Shown: positions 28,255 to 42,200, counted from the stretch's first letter. The stretch is DNA of 64,000 nucleotides from the human T2T-CHM13v2.0 reference genome, Homo sapiens (GCF_009914755.1 NC_060925.1), one strand, 5' to 3'. A program made the numbers and translations. Notes: generated from the sequence alone by a model not told the origin.

Positions 28255-29199
28255 CTGGTGCTAGGAATGTGAGCACAAGTGCATGCAGGAGGAGTGGACA
28301 AAGGTGAGAACCACTGTTCCAGGAGGACAGGGTGGGATGAGATGGGCACCCTAGGAGGTAACGGGGTCTGTGAAAAATTGGTGGGAGCTGGTAATCTGAG
28401 TGATTCATCTTTGAGTTTAGGATGGGTTAGTCATCTCTACAGTGGGCTGGGACCAAGAGGTGCCCATCCAGCTAGAAACTGCTGCTGAGTGGGAGTTCCC
28501 ACAAGGGTTTGGAGCTTCGAAATAGGAAGATGGAAGTGAACAGCGAAATGAGCAGCAAGAAAAACAGCTATCATTAAAAGAGGAATTTGGGGATCAGAGA
28601 AATTATGCCAAGGAGATGGTACCATTAATGTCCCAATTCAGATGGAAGCCTTTGTAGTTAACGGGGAGACGCCTTGTAATAAAAACCAGGTCAGAACGTA
28701 GGCAAAAGGTTCTTTAGCATAATAAGGCCAGGATAATTACTTCCTTAAGAGTAGGGTCAAAGCTGTGTTAATGGGAAGAATATGCATGCATTACATATGC
28801 TAGACTGAGGTCTTTGTAAGAAAATGAATTGCAAAGGGGTATTTTCTTTTAGGTCATTCAGGGAAAGAAGACTGCAGCATTTGCTCATGGAGAGGAGCTG
28901 AAATGGAGGTGAAAAATCCACTATTTCTGCTCATCATCCCTCCCCACATGCGTAGTTCTCAGCTGATTAGCAGAGCCTTGGATGGAGGAAGACCATACTG
29001 ACACCCGCCTGAGGAAATGGCAGGACCAAGAGGAGAGTGGGCTTAGGTTTTCCTCATCCTATAGGAGAGGAAGAATATCCTGACTGAGGAAGGACTTACA
29101 GTGGGGACTGTGAAGGGGATGGAGTGGGATGAGGAAGGGAATTAGAGAATGGGGAACATTCTGCCCGAGGCGTTGCCTTCTCTTATGTACAGATAATGG

Positions 29200-29680
29200 T
29201 AGCTCTCCTTTATTTGAGGAGCTACTCTGTTCTAAGCTCTTTTACCTGGATGGTCTTGTTTAATCCTCACAGTAATACTAAGAAAAGACACTATTATTTT
29301 CTATTTCCATTTCATAGATGAGCAACCAAAGGATTAAAACAGGCGTGTGCAATCATTTGGCGTCCCTGGGCCGCATTGGAGGAAGAATTGTCTTAGGCCA
29401 CACATAAAATATACTAACACTAACAATAGCTGATGAGCTAAAAAAAAAAAAAAATTACAAAAAAAACTCATAATATTTTAAGAAAGTTTATGAATTTGTG
29501 TTGGGCCATATTTAAAGCCATCCTGGGCTGCATATGGCCCATAGGCTGCAGGTTGGACAAACTTGAATTAAAAGTTCATGTGACTTGCCCAAGGTCATTC
29601 CCCTAGCGAGTGGTGGAACTAGGATCTGTCTGAGGCAGTGTGGCTCTAGAACTCAATCTCTCAAACTACACACTACACTA
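29200..29680 (-). mobile_element. MIR split by MER30
   Basis: TTTAATCCTCACAG..CATTTCATAGATGAG | TGACTTGCCCAAGGTCA. Confidence 0.75.
29340..29565 (+). mobile_element. MER30 (hAT-Charlie MITE)
   Basis: TIRs CAGGCGTGTGCAATC / GGTTGGACAAACTTG; 8-bp TSD GATTAAAA/AATTAAAA. Confidence 0.88.
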
Positions 29681-30302
29681 GTTCGGAAATGGAGACTAAA
29701 TGATCACAACCTTCAGTGCTCCAGGTCTTTCTAGCTTTGGAGAACTTTGATAAAGAATTGCTTCAAATGCCATCAGAGATATTACTATAGAGTTTGTGTT
29801 TGCCTAGAACAGAGGTGTAAAAATGAAAAAGGTAAAAATAAATAAAATAACTATACAGTCTGACGAAGAATGGCTAGGCTGTGTTAGGAAAGGGGAGAGT
29901 CCATAATCAGTGGTCATCTGACACACCCCAGGTGACAGCTTTGATTACCCAGGCACAGAGAATGACCAAATGACAAGTAATTTCCCTGCTATTTGGAGAT
30001 TTGGAGGAAGGAGGGATCTGTCACATGGATTACAAGGTTGGAACTCTGGTGAGGGTGGTGCCAGTCTGCCACATCACGTGGCAGTGAATGAGGCTTAGCT
30101 CCAATAGAGGCTCAGGACAGAAAAAGTCACAGAAGAGCTAAACCCACCTTAAGAGCCACCCACCTGTCTACTAAGTCAGGGCTCTTCAGGCAAGTGCATG
30201 TGACAGAAACAGTCCTGGGCCCAGGCAGGCCTTCCAGAGAACAGAGATGTGGACACCTGGAAGAGGGCAATGAAGGGCCTCTGATCAATTGTTCAATACA
30301 TT

Positions 30303-31453
30303 TATTACCAGTGGCAAATCCATATGGGTCTGCAGCAACCTCAATTCTTGTCTCCTCAGAAAAAAGAATTCAACTGAGGGGTATAAGGCAGAGTAAGAGA
30401 CCAAGGTAAGTTTTAGAGAAGCAGTGAAACTTTATAAAAAAGCTTTAGAGCAGGCATGAAAGGAAGTAAAGTATGCTTGGAAGAAGGCCAAGCAGGCAAC
30501 TTAAAAGATCCAGTGCACAGTTTGACCTTTGACTTAAGGTTTTATATGTTGGCATATTTTGGGGTCTTGCATCCCTTCTCCCCCGATTCTTCCCTTGGGG
30601 TGGGCTGTCCACATGCGCAGTGGCCTGCCAGCACTTGGGAGGGGCCACATATGCAGTGTGTTTACTGCAGTTGTACACATGCTTACTTGAGGCATTCTTC
30701 TCTTGCCACTCAAATGTTTCTAGAAGGTTATTGTCAGGCCTCTGAGCCCAAGCCAAGCCATCGCATCCCCTGTGACCTGCACGTATACGCCCAGATGGCC
30801 TGAAGTAACTAAAGAATCACAAAAGAAGTGAATATGCCCTGCCCCACCTTAACTGATGACATTCCACCACAAAAGAAGTGTAAATGGCCGGTCCTTGCCT
30901 TAACTGATGACATTACCTTGTGAAAGTCCTTTTCCTGGCTCATCCTGGCTCATAAAGCACCCCCACTGAGCACCTTGCGACGCCCACTCCTGCCTGCGAG
31001 AGAACAAGCCCTCTTTGACTGTAATTTTCCTTTACCTACCCAAATCCTATAAAACAGCCCCACCCTTATCTCCCTTCGCTGACTCTCTTTTCGGACTCAG
31101 CCTGCCTGCACCCAGGTGAAATAAACAGCTTTATTGCTCACACAAAGCCTGTTTGGTGGTCTCTTCACGCGGACGTGCATGAAAGTTAAACTCTGCCATT
31201 TTGCCTCTTAGTGCACATGCTTGAGCCCACTTGCCCAACTCCCGAGATCTTATTGGGAAGCTGCTGATCACACGTTTCAGGTTTTTTCTATCTATTGGGA
31301 GACTGCCTTTCCCTGGCACTGGCTGCGATCAATTATTATTTCAGAGAAACAGTGTAACAACCACCTGACCATCACCTGATGGTTGCCTGATGTTTCTGGT
31401 TGGGGGGCCTCTCTCCTGCCCTGCTCATGTCTGCCTAGCTACGTACTGTAACA
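30303..31453 (-). mobile_element. MER66-like ERV1 LTR, split by LTR7
   Basis: rc start TGTTACAGTACGTAGCTAGGCAGACATGAGCAGGGCAGGAGAG; other end TTACCAGTGGCAAATCC..CTGCAGCAACCTCAATTCTTG. Confidence 0.75.
30732..31184 (+). mobile_element. Solo LTR7 (HERV-H)
   Basis: TGTCAGGCCTCTGAGCCCAAGCCAAGCCATCGC...GCATGAAA; TSD GTTAT/GTTAA. Confidence 0.95.
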
Positions 31454-31979
31454 TGATGACCTAAAAGGAAGAAGCTGAGGCAAAATTAGTACAAGTTGAG
31501 AGGTTATTTGGCCAAGCTTGAGGATTGCAACCTGGCAGCAGAGATTCAAGTTGCCATGAATATACACTCAAACTAGTGGTAGTTACAAGTGGGTTTCCAA
31601 AGGAAAAGAAGAGACAGAATTTATGTTAAAAAAATTCTTGGTAAACAACTTAGGAACTGCTTCTTCTTTATTGATTGATTGATTGGCTATGTGTCATTCT
31701 TTGTATCACAAATTCCATTCCTTTGAATGGAATGGAATTTAAATGGAGATCCTTTAAATGGAGTTTGTGATACAAAGAACACAAAAACATGAAGATAATG
31801 GGTGAGGCAGCTAGTCAGGAACAAAATGCCTTTAAACAATTGCCCCCAGGACAGGCAGGCATGGGTATGTGAGTACCCTCCTCACCTAACCGAATTCCCA
31901 TACTCATGTCTCTCTAGACCTGATAAATTTTGTAGACCTTACTTACCTCAGACTGCTCTGAGCTATTTTTCTTTCCTCA
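31454..31979 (-). mobile_element. MER4-group ERV1 LTR (MER67-like)
   Basis: rc start TGAGGAAAGAAAATAGCTCAGAGCAGTCTGAG; TG..CA termini. Confidence 0.65.
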
Positions 31980-32080
31980 ATTCAATCAGCAAATGTCACT
32001 GAGCAAGTACTATGAGTCAGGCATGGTGTTAGGTGGTGAGGATAGAGCACCTGGTTTATGCCTTCAGGTTTTAACAGTAT

Positions 32081-32814
32081 TGTACACCGAAAATAAAACA
32101 CTAAGCTCTCAGCTGGCTGATGGACCCTCTCTTCAGCCAAGGGCATTCCAAAATTAGCCTGAAAAACTATTCAGGCCATGATGGGAGGTGGGGGACATGC
32201 CTCATTGTACCTTCCTCCTGTTGGAATTCAGGCACAGCTGACCAGCATTAACATTAAAACAGAGACCTTAAAACTGAGAAAACAGACTCTTTAAGTCTGA
32301 CACGAAACATTTACAATCTATTCTCTCTGAAGCCTGCCATCTGAAGGTTTCAACTGCATAAGAACTGTGGTCTCCACAGCTCCTTATCTTAAGTCTGATA
32401 TGAAACATTTACAACCTATTCTCTCTGAAGCCTGCTACCTGGAGGTTTCATCTGCATAAGAACTGTGGTCTCCACAGCTCCTTATCTTAAGCCAGATACT
32501 TCTTTTATTGATTCCAGGTCTTTATATAAACTTTTTCAACCAATTGCCAGAAAACCTTTGAATCTACCTGTGACCTGAAAGCAGGCCCCTGCCCCATCTC
32601 ATCTTCCTGAACTGAACCAATGTACAGCTTACATGTATTGATTGATGTCTTATGTCCCCCTAAGATGTATAAAACCAAGCTGTAGGCCAACCACCTTGGG
32701 CACATGTTCTCAGGATCTCCTGGGGCTGTGTCATGGGCCATTATGGGTCACTCATATTTGGCTCAGAACATATCTCTTCAAATAGTTTACAGAGTTTGGC
32801 CCTTTTTGTCAACA
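32081..32814 (+). mobile_element. MER4-family solo LTR with 98-bp internal tandem duplication
   Basis: TGTACACCGAAAATAAAA...TTTTGTCAACA; TSD GTAT/GCAT. Confidence 0.88.
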
Positions 32815-33156
32815 GCATAAATAGATAAATAATAAAGCAAACTATAATTGCATGTGGAAAGTGGGAGCAAGCCCAGTACGTTAGCTTGGGGTGAGGTGAA
32901 GTCAGGCATACACTCCTGGAAAAGAAGACTTCCAAACTGACACCTGAAGGTGAGTAGGAGTGAGGCAGTCTCAGGATGAGGGTTGGTGGTTGGGGAGGCA
33001 AACTTTCCAGGTGGAGCAAACAGCTTGTATAAAGGCCCACAGGTGAGACAGATCTTGGTGGTGAAACTAGTTCCTTCTGGTCAAAAGTGGATGTCAGGGG
33101 AGGTGAGCCAAAGCAACATCACGAATAGCCTTGTAGACTTTTTGAAGGAGTGTAAG

Positions 33157-33570
<414 letters not shown>

Positions 33571-33789
33571 AGTTTTCTTTTCTTTTCTGTAAGGATTAGT
33601 GGTAAAACCCTTAAGATGCAAAGGTTATTCTTGTTTAGAGAAGCCTGGTAGGAATTAAATTGGGAAGACTGTGTACTGTTGAGTGGGGATTTTGTGGAGG
33701 GAGGAGTCTGATAGGAGTTGATGACTGCTGGAAAAAAGAAAACAAATTAATTTGCAGGCCTGAGGAAGAGGGATTGTGTTGTTTTAACA

Positions 33790-34874
33790 TATGTCCACAA
33801 CTTCTTAGGCACTACTCCCATCAAAAGTGTAATCATAATCCTAATAGCTTCATTTGCCCAATGTGCAGCAAGTCAATATACTGAGATACCAGGCACTGCA
33901 GTGGACAAAGAGTTTAATCATTGTAGGGCAGCCGAATGAGGAGACAGGAAGAAATCTCAAATCCACCTCCCAGGGAATTTGGAGCTGGGGATTTTGAGGG
34001 GTTTGGAGTGGGCCAAGGTGTGGGGATCATTGACTGGTTGAAGAGTGCAGGGAGAAGTCATGGGTCAGGGAGATGAAGCAACTGCATTCTTATTCAGGTT
34101 TGGTTCCTCTGTGGCGAGTCTTCAAACTGGTTGGTTTCAGTAGTTTCACAATTCAGGATCTGAAGAACATCTTAAGCAATTCTTAACCAAAAGAGTCTAA
34201 GATCAGAACGTCTTAAGCAATTCTTAACCAAAATGATTCTAAGGTCAGAAATCCTGCCTAATGGGAGCAAGAGGGATGTGAATAGTCAGTATCTAGTGTT
34301 ACCTGACTTTCAGTTACAAGGATGTGGCCAAAGTGCAGCTGATTAATACTTTATTATAACTATGTTTCTACCCAGAATCCAGCATGTGATTCCTGTGAAC
34401 CCTGTGAAGACAGTTTCAAAGGTGGAGTGTAATTCCTATTGCCTTGAATGTGCACCAGTCTGAGTAATTTGCTTCTAATGACTAGAATGTGGTGAGAGTG
34501 ATGGTCTGTGGCTTTTGAGGCTATGTCATAGCAGGCATTGCTTCTTCTGCCCTGCTCCCTCCTGGACTGTTCACTCAGGGACAAGCCAACTGCCATGTCA
34601 TGAGGACACTCAGGAAGCTCCATGGAGAGGCACTCATCAGCAGTAACCAACTTGCCATGACCATGTGAGTGAGCCACCTTGGAAGAAGGCACTCCACCCT
34701 CAGTCAAGCCTTTTGGTGATTTCAGGTCCCAGCTTTCAAGGCTTCCAACTGAGACCCCAGGTGTTCCATTGTGCTTTGTCTAAATTCATGACACACAACA
34801 ACTGTGAAGTAATAATTATTTTAAGCCACTCAGTCATGGGGCAATTTGTTACATAGTGATAGATAATTAACACA
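33790..34874 (+). mobile_element. MLT1 (F/G-like) LTR split by ERV1 LTR
   Basis: GCCAACTGCCATGTCATGAGGACACTC..; 3' TTTTAAGCCACT..GCAATTTGTTAC..GATAATTAACACA. Confidence 0.7.
33828..34418 (-). mobile_element. MER4-group ERV1 solo LTR (LTR51-like, uncertain)
   Basis: rc start TGAAACTGTCTTCACAGGGTT; CTCAAATCCACCTCCC; TG..CA termini. Confidence 0.6.
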
Positions 34875-34969
34875 GGAATACAGATAGGTCTGGACTAAGA
34901 GGTGACTGTAAATGTTTAACCAAAGACAAAACCTTTTATTCCTTTATAGTGGACTTTTACACATCAAAG

Positions 34970-35102
34970 CTTCATCCATGTATTTACTCATACATGCATC
35001 TATCCATCCATCTCTCCATCCATCCATTTTCCACCCTCTCATCCTTCCATCCACACACCCAACTACCAAACCATCTATCCATCCATCCATCCATCCATCC
35101 AA
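34970..35102. repeat. (CCAT)n degenerate simple repeat
   Basis: Directly visible. Confidence 0.9.
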
Positions 35103-36189
35103 CAATTGCTCCATGAGAGCAAGAACTCTGTCTTCCTTATTCATTTTTATGTCTCCAATGTCCAGAACAATGTGTGGCACATAACACTCAACATATATTT
35201 GTTAAATGAATGGGTAATTAATTTTTTCCCCAATCTTCAGAGAGTTCTCAGTGTAACGGTAACAGATAAGAATATCAATAATTGGAACTCAAAGAATGCT
35301 ACAGTAGAGATGGATATGGGTATCCGGAGGACAGAGGAAAGGCATGTGATTCAGGGCTATAGGGGTACAGTGGAGTCAAGAAAGGATCTGATGTCCAAGC
35401 TGAGTTTTAAAGAATAAACAGAGTTGCCCAGGAATTTGAGGCAGGGCTGGCCTGAGAACATATGGAGTATATGGAGAGTGGCTACATTGTGGGTGCCTGG
35501 AATCCATTATTCTCTTTATTTGAAGGAGTGTGGGGTGGTCAGAAGACACAGGTGTAAGGAAGCTGCATGACCTGGCCTCAGGAGCAGCAGGAACATCTTC
35601 AAGGTAGTTCTGTGCTTTTAAGGAAATCCAGTCCCCCTTTAGGCATCTCCACCTGACCCAACACCAACTGGCTTATTCTTATCCTCACTCACCTTTTCTC
35701 TACCTTACCTTTTAATTTCTATAATCTTGGTCTGCTCATACTTTGGTTCATTTTATCTGCCTGTCTAGTTAACACATCATCACCTTATAAGACTCAGGTC
35801 AAGAATCATCTCTTTTATGATAAATTTTCTAGATCAGTCGGCCCCCTGGTAGACTCGACCTATTCTTACAGCCCTATCCTTGCCTTTCATCCTGCTGCTT
35901 TCAACACCTGCTGCTGATGGACTCATGTTCTTGGGTTTCCCAGTTTGAATTCCCCAGGGAGAGAATCTGATTGATTGGTTTTATCTAATTATGGGTTACT
36001 AGTGTGCCTAAAGTCTGGCTGCCTTCAGGACAGGTGCCTGTCCTTGATCCAATCAGCTGTGGCATAGGGAGGTGTCAGGGATATGAGGTAAAAAATAGCC
36101 CCCTAGGGCTGTCTGTGTAGCAGTCTGACAGCAGAAAAATCCCCTTAAGTGGGGCTAGGAGCTATAGGAGGACAAATGGCGGGCAGAAG

Positions 36190-36690
36190 GTTTTGGATCT
36201 GGTAGCAGACAGCTTTTGGTGCCCAACATCACATTCCCTTGGCCTACCTCTGGCTTTAGTTGCTACAGTGGTGGAAGGTTCTATGCAAGCCCAAGCCAAC
36301 TGCTCAATGAGAAGTTTTACCACAAGCAGGCTCCACCTTCTGCCCCAGGAGTCTCTGAGGCCACAGCGCTTCCCTTGAAGAGGGTCGATGGCTGTCATAC
36401 TCCAGGACAACCTCATGCAGTGGAGGGGCTGGAGTGGTGGGTCACTGTTCTAGACTCCCACCTTTCAGGTGGACAGTCCCGGAAGTGATTCAGGAAGCAT
36501 CTCGGCATCTTCACAGAACTGAGTCCCTATTGCCTTCCACAGTGGTGTCCCTGTTGTGCCACACTCTGGCATGTTCTCTTGGTCTCTGTTCCTGCTCCCT
36601 CACTCCGGGGACAACCCAGACAACCCCATAAATGATCTGCATCCAGGTCTTAATCTTAGACTCTGCTCTCAGGGAACCCAACTGAGATTT
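36190..36690 (+). mobile_element. LTR16-family ERVL LTR
   Basis: 3' end GCATCCAGGTCTTAATCTTAGACTCTGCTCTCAGGGAACCCAACTGAGA. Confidence 0.6.
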
Positions 36691-36839
36691 ATTCTGAAGG
36701 CAAGAGGGAGCCCAGGAAGCATTTTTTCCCTTTCTGATAATAATCCTATAATGAACTCTAGGCACTCTGCTGGGTGGAGAGGATATAAGCACAAAACGTC
36801 GCAGTCCCTGAACCCAAGGAGCTTATGACCTCCTCCTCC

Positions 36840-37005
36840 TGTAAACTTTTCAAAGTGTTTTTATTTCCATTATCTCATCTGGCCTTCTCAGCGACCTTTC
36901 CAGGAAAGCAGTGCAAACATCATTATCCCCACCTTACAGAAAAAGCGAAGAGACATAGAAAGGTCAAAGCAGTTTCCAAGGTCACACAGCTGCAGAGTGG
37001 CCTTT
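36840..37005 (-). mobile_element. MIR
   Basis: ATTATCCCCAC..TACAGA..CCAAGGTCACACAGCT. Confidence 0.7.
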
Positions 37006-37419
37006 TAGGCAATTAAAATCTTTGGCTGGCTCTATAAATTATCTTAGTTACTCTGGGAAAGCAGTGTTAAAGGCAACACACTTGCTATAATTTAATTATT
37101 CACTTGCCGTCTTATATTTTCTTTGTGTTCTCTGTTTCTCTTCCACTTTCCAAATATTGTACTGGCTTTTAATCAGTGCTATATAATTTCTTCTGTGAAA
37201 CTAGGTCAATGTACAATATGTTAACATAGCGTTCCTTTTACAGTTTAAACAAAATTCCTGCAAAATTGAAACTTAAAAGAAGGGGAAAAAATCCCTTTGA
37301 CTGCAATTGCATAATTCTTAGCACTGACATGATGGGATTTGCATTTTAGAACGACCAGTAAGTAGTGTGGAGGGTGGCGTGGGGGAGAGCCTGGAAGGGC
37401 ACGATTACGTTCCCTCCCA

Positions 37420-37885
37420 AGGTGCTTCTACACCTCTCCACAGCTTTAAATAACATCTTTATGCCAGTGACTCACACATTCATATCTCCAGCCCCAACTT
37501 CTCTTCTGAGCTCCAGATTGGCATATCCAGCCCCCTAATTGACATCTCTACTTGGATGTCTCACAGGCACTGAAACTTAACATGTCCAGAATGAACTCAA
37601 TTTTTCACTCTTTCCCCAAACCGTTTCTCTCCCAGTGTTTCCTTGCTTGGTAAGTGGCACCACTATACCCAGTTGTTCAAGCCAGAAACCTACAAGTTGT
37701 TCTTGATCTTTTCTCTCTCACCCTCTGTATCCAATCAATTAGCAAGTCTGGCAACTTATACCTTCCAAATATGTCTCAGATCTGTTGACTTCTCATCCTG
37801 GCCACTGTACCACTCAAGCCATTGTCATCTTTTGTCTGAACTATGGTTGTATCCTCCTAACAGTTCTCTCTTTCTCCCACTCTTG
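37420..37885 (+). mobile_element. L2 fragment
   Basis: ATATCTCCAGCCC..CTGAGCTCCAGA..GACATCTCTACTTGGATGTC. Confidence 0.8.
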
Positions 37886-38088
37886 CTTTGTATTGAGGCA
37901 GAGGTGTTGGTGAATGGAGAGATTTTCCTTCCCGTTGCCTTCATGTTTCCATATGCAGGCACCATCATCAGATAAACGGTCCTGGCCGCCCTCAATGATT
38001 TGAGTGTCGAGTTTAGGAGATGGAATGAGCATGAATGGCTAATCTACTTGCCTTCTTTCACTATGGGATCTACCTGCCTCAGGAAGGC

Positions 38089-38665
38089 TGTATTAGTTTT
38101 CTAATGCCGTGTAATAAATGACAAAAAATCAGCAGCTTAAAATAACATGCAAATATTATCACGGAGTTTCTGTGAGTCAAGAGTCCGGGCATGGTCTCAC
38201 TGAACCCTCTGTGCAGGGTCTCCTAAAGCTATAATCATGTGTCAGCCAGGCTGCATTTTCATCTGGAAACTTGACAAGGGAAGAATTAGCTTTTTGTTGT
38301 TGTTCATTCAGGTTGTTGGCAGAATTCATTTGCTTGAGGTTGAATGACTGAGAGCCTGGCTTTGCTGGCTAGTGGCTGGAGGTCACCCTCAGGTCCCTTC
38401 TGCAGTTCCTTGCCATGTTGGCTTCCTCAACATGCCTGCTTACTTCATCAAGCCAGCAAGAGGAATCTTTTGATCCAGCCTACCATGGCAGAGTCTTAAA
38501 TAAGGTAATGCACCCACGGGAATGACATACCCTCACCTTTGCCATATAATACAACTTAAGAGAGGGACAGCCCATCATTTTTCCCATATTCCATTGGTTA
38601 GAAGCAACTAACAGGTTCTACCTGCATTCATAGGGAAGGAATTACACAAAAGCATGGACACCAGG
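38089..38665 (-). mobile_element. MLT1 (E/F-like) LTR
   Basis: TGTATTAGTTTTCTA..GCTTAAAATAAC..GTTGTTGGCAGAATTCA. Confidence 0.7.
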
Positions 38666-38689
38666 AGAGTGTCAGGAAGGGGACGAGAG

Positions 38690-39480
38690 CAATAGTCTCA
38701 AGTGCTGTAGAGATTTCAGGGGGGAATAGAGTCCATGTACTTGGCAACTAGGAGGTCAGAAGTGATTTTAACAAGGACAGTTTCAGTGGAATGTGGGACA
38801 AAGAGTGAAGGGGAAGGAAGGCAGTGGAGACAGTAAGTGTAGACTTATTTTGCACAAAGTTTGGTTGTGAAGTGAAGAAGAGGGGCTAGTAAGAAAGAAA
38901 TGCAGGAGTTATTGTTTTCAGTCTCATACCTTTGGAGTCCAAATTTCTAGTACTTCCAGGGATACTGTGAGTAACCTCATAATATCTGAAAACAATTTTT
39001 TTTCTAGTTAACTACTAGAATGGATTCTGTTGTATAAAATTTAGATTCTCTGATGAAATGGTGAGCTTGAGTAAAGTGATGAAGGTCTGAAATAGTAATT
39101 GTGGAGAAAAAGAGAGGGCTTTGGAAAAATGTTTTATAATAGAAGATCGTTGAGCATGGCTGAGGGAAAGAACCAATAGAAAGAGTAGGGTGGAGACCAC
39201 ACACTGAGCATGACTGATTGATGCAGCCACGTTCTTGAGGAGAAGGAGGTAGGAGATGTGGAATCTAGGGCAGAAGGGCTGGACTTGGACAGGTGGAGGG
39301 ACATTGCTTTCACCGAGGCCAGAGGGAAAGCGGTAAAGATGGAAATGAAGAAAGATAAGTTGCATGGGTGTTGTGCAGGAGGTGGAGGTAGTCAATCCAA
39401 TCTTGATGGCCTCTATATTCTCTGCTGAGGAGGAGGTAATGTTGTTGGCTAAGTCTGAGAGCAAAGTGATGATATAGGAG
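38690..39480 (-). mobile_element. L2 fragments
   Basis: TTGGCAACTAGGAGGTC..CAGTTTCAGTGGA; GTGGAGACAGTAAGTGTAGAC. Confidence 0.6.
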
Positions 39481-40209
39481 GTGGAGTGCACATCTGTCTG
39501 ATTATGGTTTCCTGGCTTCTTTACATTGCTACCATCTATTTGCAGGCTCTATTCAAGTTTCACTGATTGTTCCAATAGTGTTAATTATATAGCAAAAGGA
39601 TTCAACTTATGATTACACATTGCGTTATTTGTCATGTCTCTTTCAATCTTTCCCTTGAAGATGATAGGCCAGTTATTTTGTAGAATCTTCTTCAACGTGG
39701 GCTTGTCTATTGTTTCTTCATGATTATATGCAGGTAATACACCTTGGGTACAAATATTACAGGAGTGATGCTGTGTTCTCACTGCATCCTGTCAGGTGGT
39801 ACATGATTTCTGTTTGTCCCATTACTGATGATGTTAACTTTGATGATTTAATTAAAGTGATATCTACCTGACCTCTCCTCTATAAGTTATTCTTTTTTCC
39901 CTTTGTAATTAATAAGCATTTTGTGAGGAGGTACTTAGTCATTATGTACATACCTCTTTTTTATCAATTTATTCCTTTATTTATTTATATCAGTAGTGAC
40001 TCATGGTTTCTATTTTATTCACAGGGTTATAATGTTACTAATATCATTTATTTTCATGATTTCTCCACCAGATTTAACCATTGGAATCCCCTTCAAGCTG
40101 GCTTTTGGGTCTTTTTTGATACATCTTTATCATTCTTTGAAGATTTTCTTGCTTTTGGGCAAAACAGGATGTCATAGGCTCATTCTGTACTTTCCCTGCC
40201 CCAGTCATG

Positions 40210-40586
40210 TGCTATGGACAGCATTGTGTCTCCTCAAAATTTATATGTTGAAGCCCTAACCTCCAATATGACTGTATTTGGAGATAGGGCCTATAAGGAG
40301 GTAATTAAGGTTAAATGAGGTCATATAGGCAGGGCCTTGATTTAATAGGATTAGTGTCTTCAGAAGAGACCAGAGAAAGCTTGTTTTCTTTCTCTCTCTC
40401 CCACTATGCAAGGACACAGTGAGAAGTCAGCCATCTGCAATCCAGGAAGACAGCACCCTCAAGAATGGAATCACTGGTATCTTGATCTTGGATTTCCCAG
40501 CCTTCAGAGCTGTGAGAAATAAATGTCTGTTTCTTAGTACACCTAGTCTGTAGCATTTTGTAGGGCAGCTCCAGCACACTAAGGCA
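40210..40586 (+). mobile_element. MLT1A/MSTD-like LTR
   Basis: TGCTATGG...CTAAGGCA; 5-bp TSD TCATG. Confidence 0.85.
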
Positions 40587-40604
40587 TCATGGAATTAGCC
40601 ATTT

Positions 40605-41355
<751 letters not shown>

Positions 41356-41658
41356 TGAGCTCTTCTACCCAACTGAGCTACTGCAACTGCTGCCTGTGAT
41401 GATGCTCTCTTCACCTTGCCTGGGCTCCAGAACTCTGCATCAGGCTGCTCCCTCTACCAAAATCCTCCTCTTCCTCTGAAGCTCCAACACCCATATAGCA
41501 ATGTTCCACTCCCATTTAAACATCCTTCTCATTCCTCTCAGGCTCTGACACCCTGTTCCGGGTCACCTTTTTATGCAAATGCCCCCTTTAGTCTGCTCAG
41601 GTTTTAATACCCTGCACTGGGCTGTACCCCCACGTGTGTGATGTCTTAGTTTGGGCTG

Positions 41659-42200
41659 TATATTAGTCAGGCTTATCTAGAGAAACAGAACCAATATGAC
41701 GAGAATTGGCTCATGTGAGGCTCATGTGACTCAGAAGGCTGAGAAGTCCCACAGTATGCCATCTATAAGCTGGAGCCAGGAAAGCTGGTGGTGTGATTCA
41801 GAGTCCAAGGCCTGAGAACCAGGGGAGCCAATGGTATAACTCTTAGTTTGAGGCCAAAAGCCTGGGATCTGGTGGGGAGAGGTTCTGGTGTCAGCTTCAG
41901 ATGCCATAGGCCCAAGAGCCAAGAGCTCTGATGTTCAAGGGCAGGAGAAGATGGATGTCCCAGCTCAAGGAGGGAGAGAGAATTTGCTCTTCCTCTATCA
42001 CTTTGTTCTGTCTGGGGCCTCAACAGATTAGACAATGCCTGCTCACACTGGGGAGGACGGATCTTCTTTACTCAGTCTACTGATTCACATGCTAATATCT
42101 TTCAGACACACCCTACCAGACACACCCAGAAATCATGTTTTACCAGTGATCTGGGCAACCCCCAGCCCAGTAATGTTAACACACAAAATTGACTATCACA
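41659..42200 (-). mobile_element. MLT2 (B/C-like) ERVL solo LTR
   Basis: TATATTAGTCAGG..AGAGAAACAGAACCAATA...AAAATTGACTATCACA; TSD GGCTG. Confidence 0.85.
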
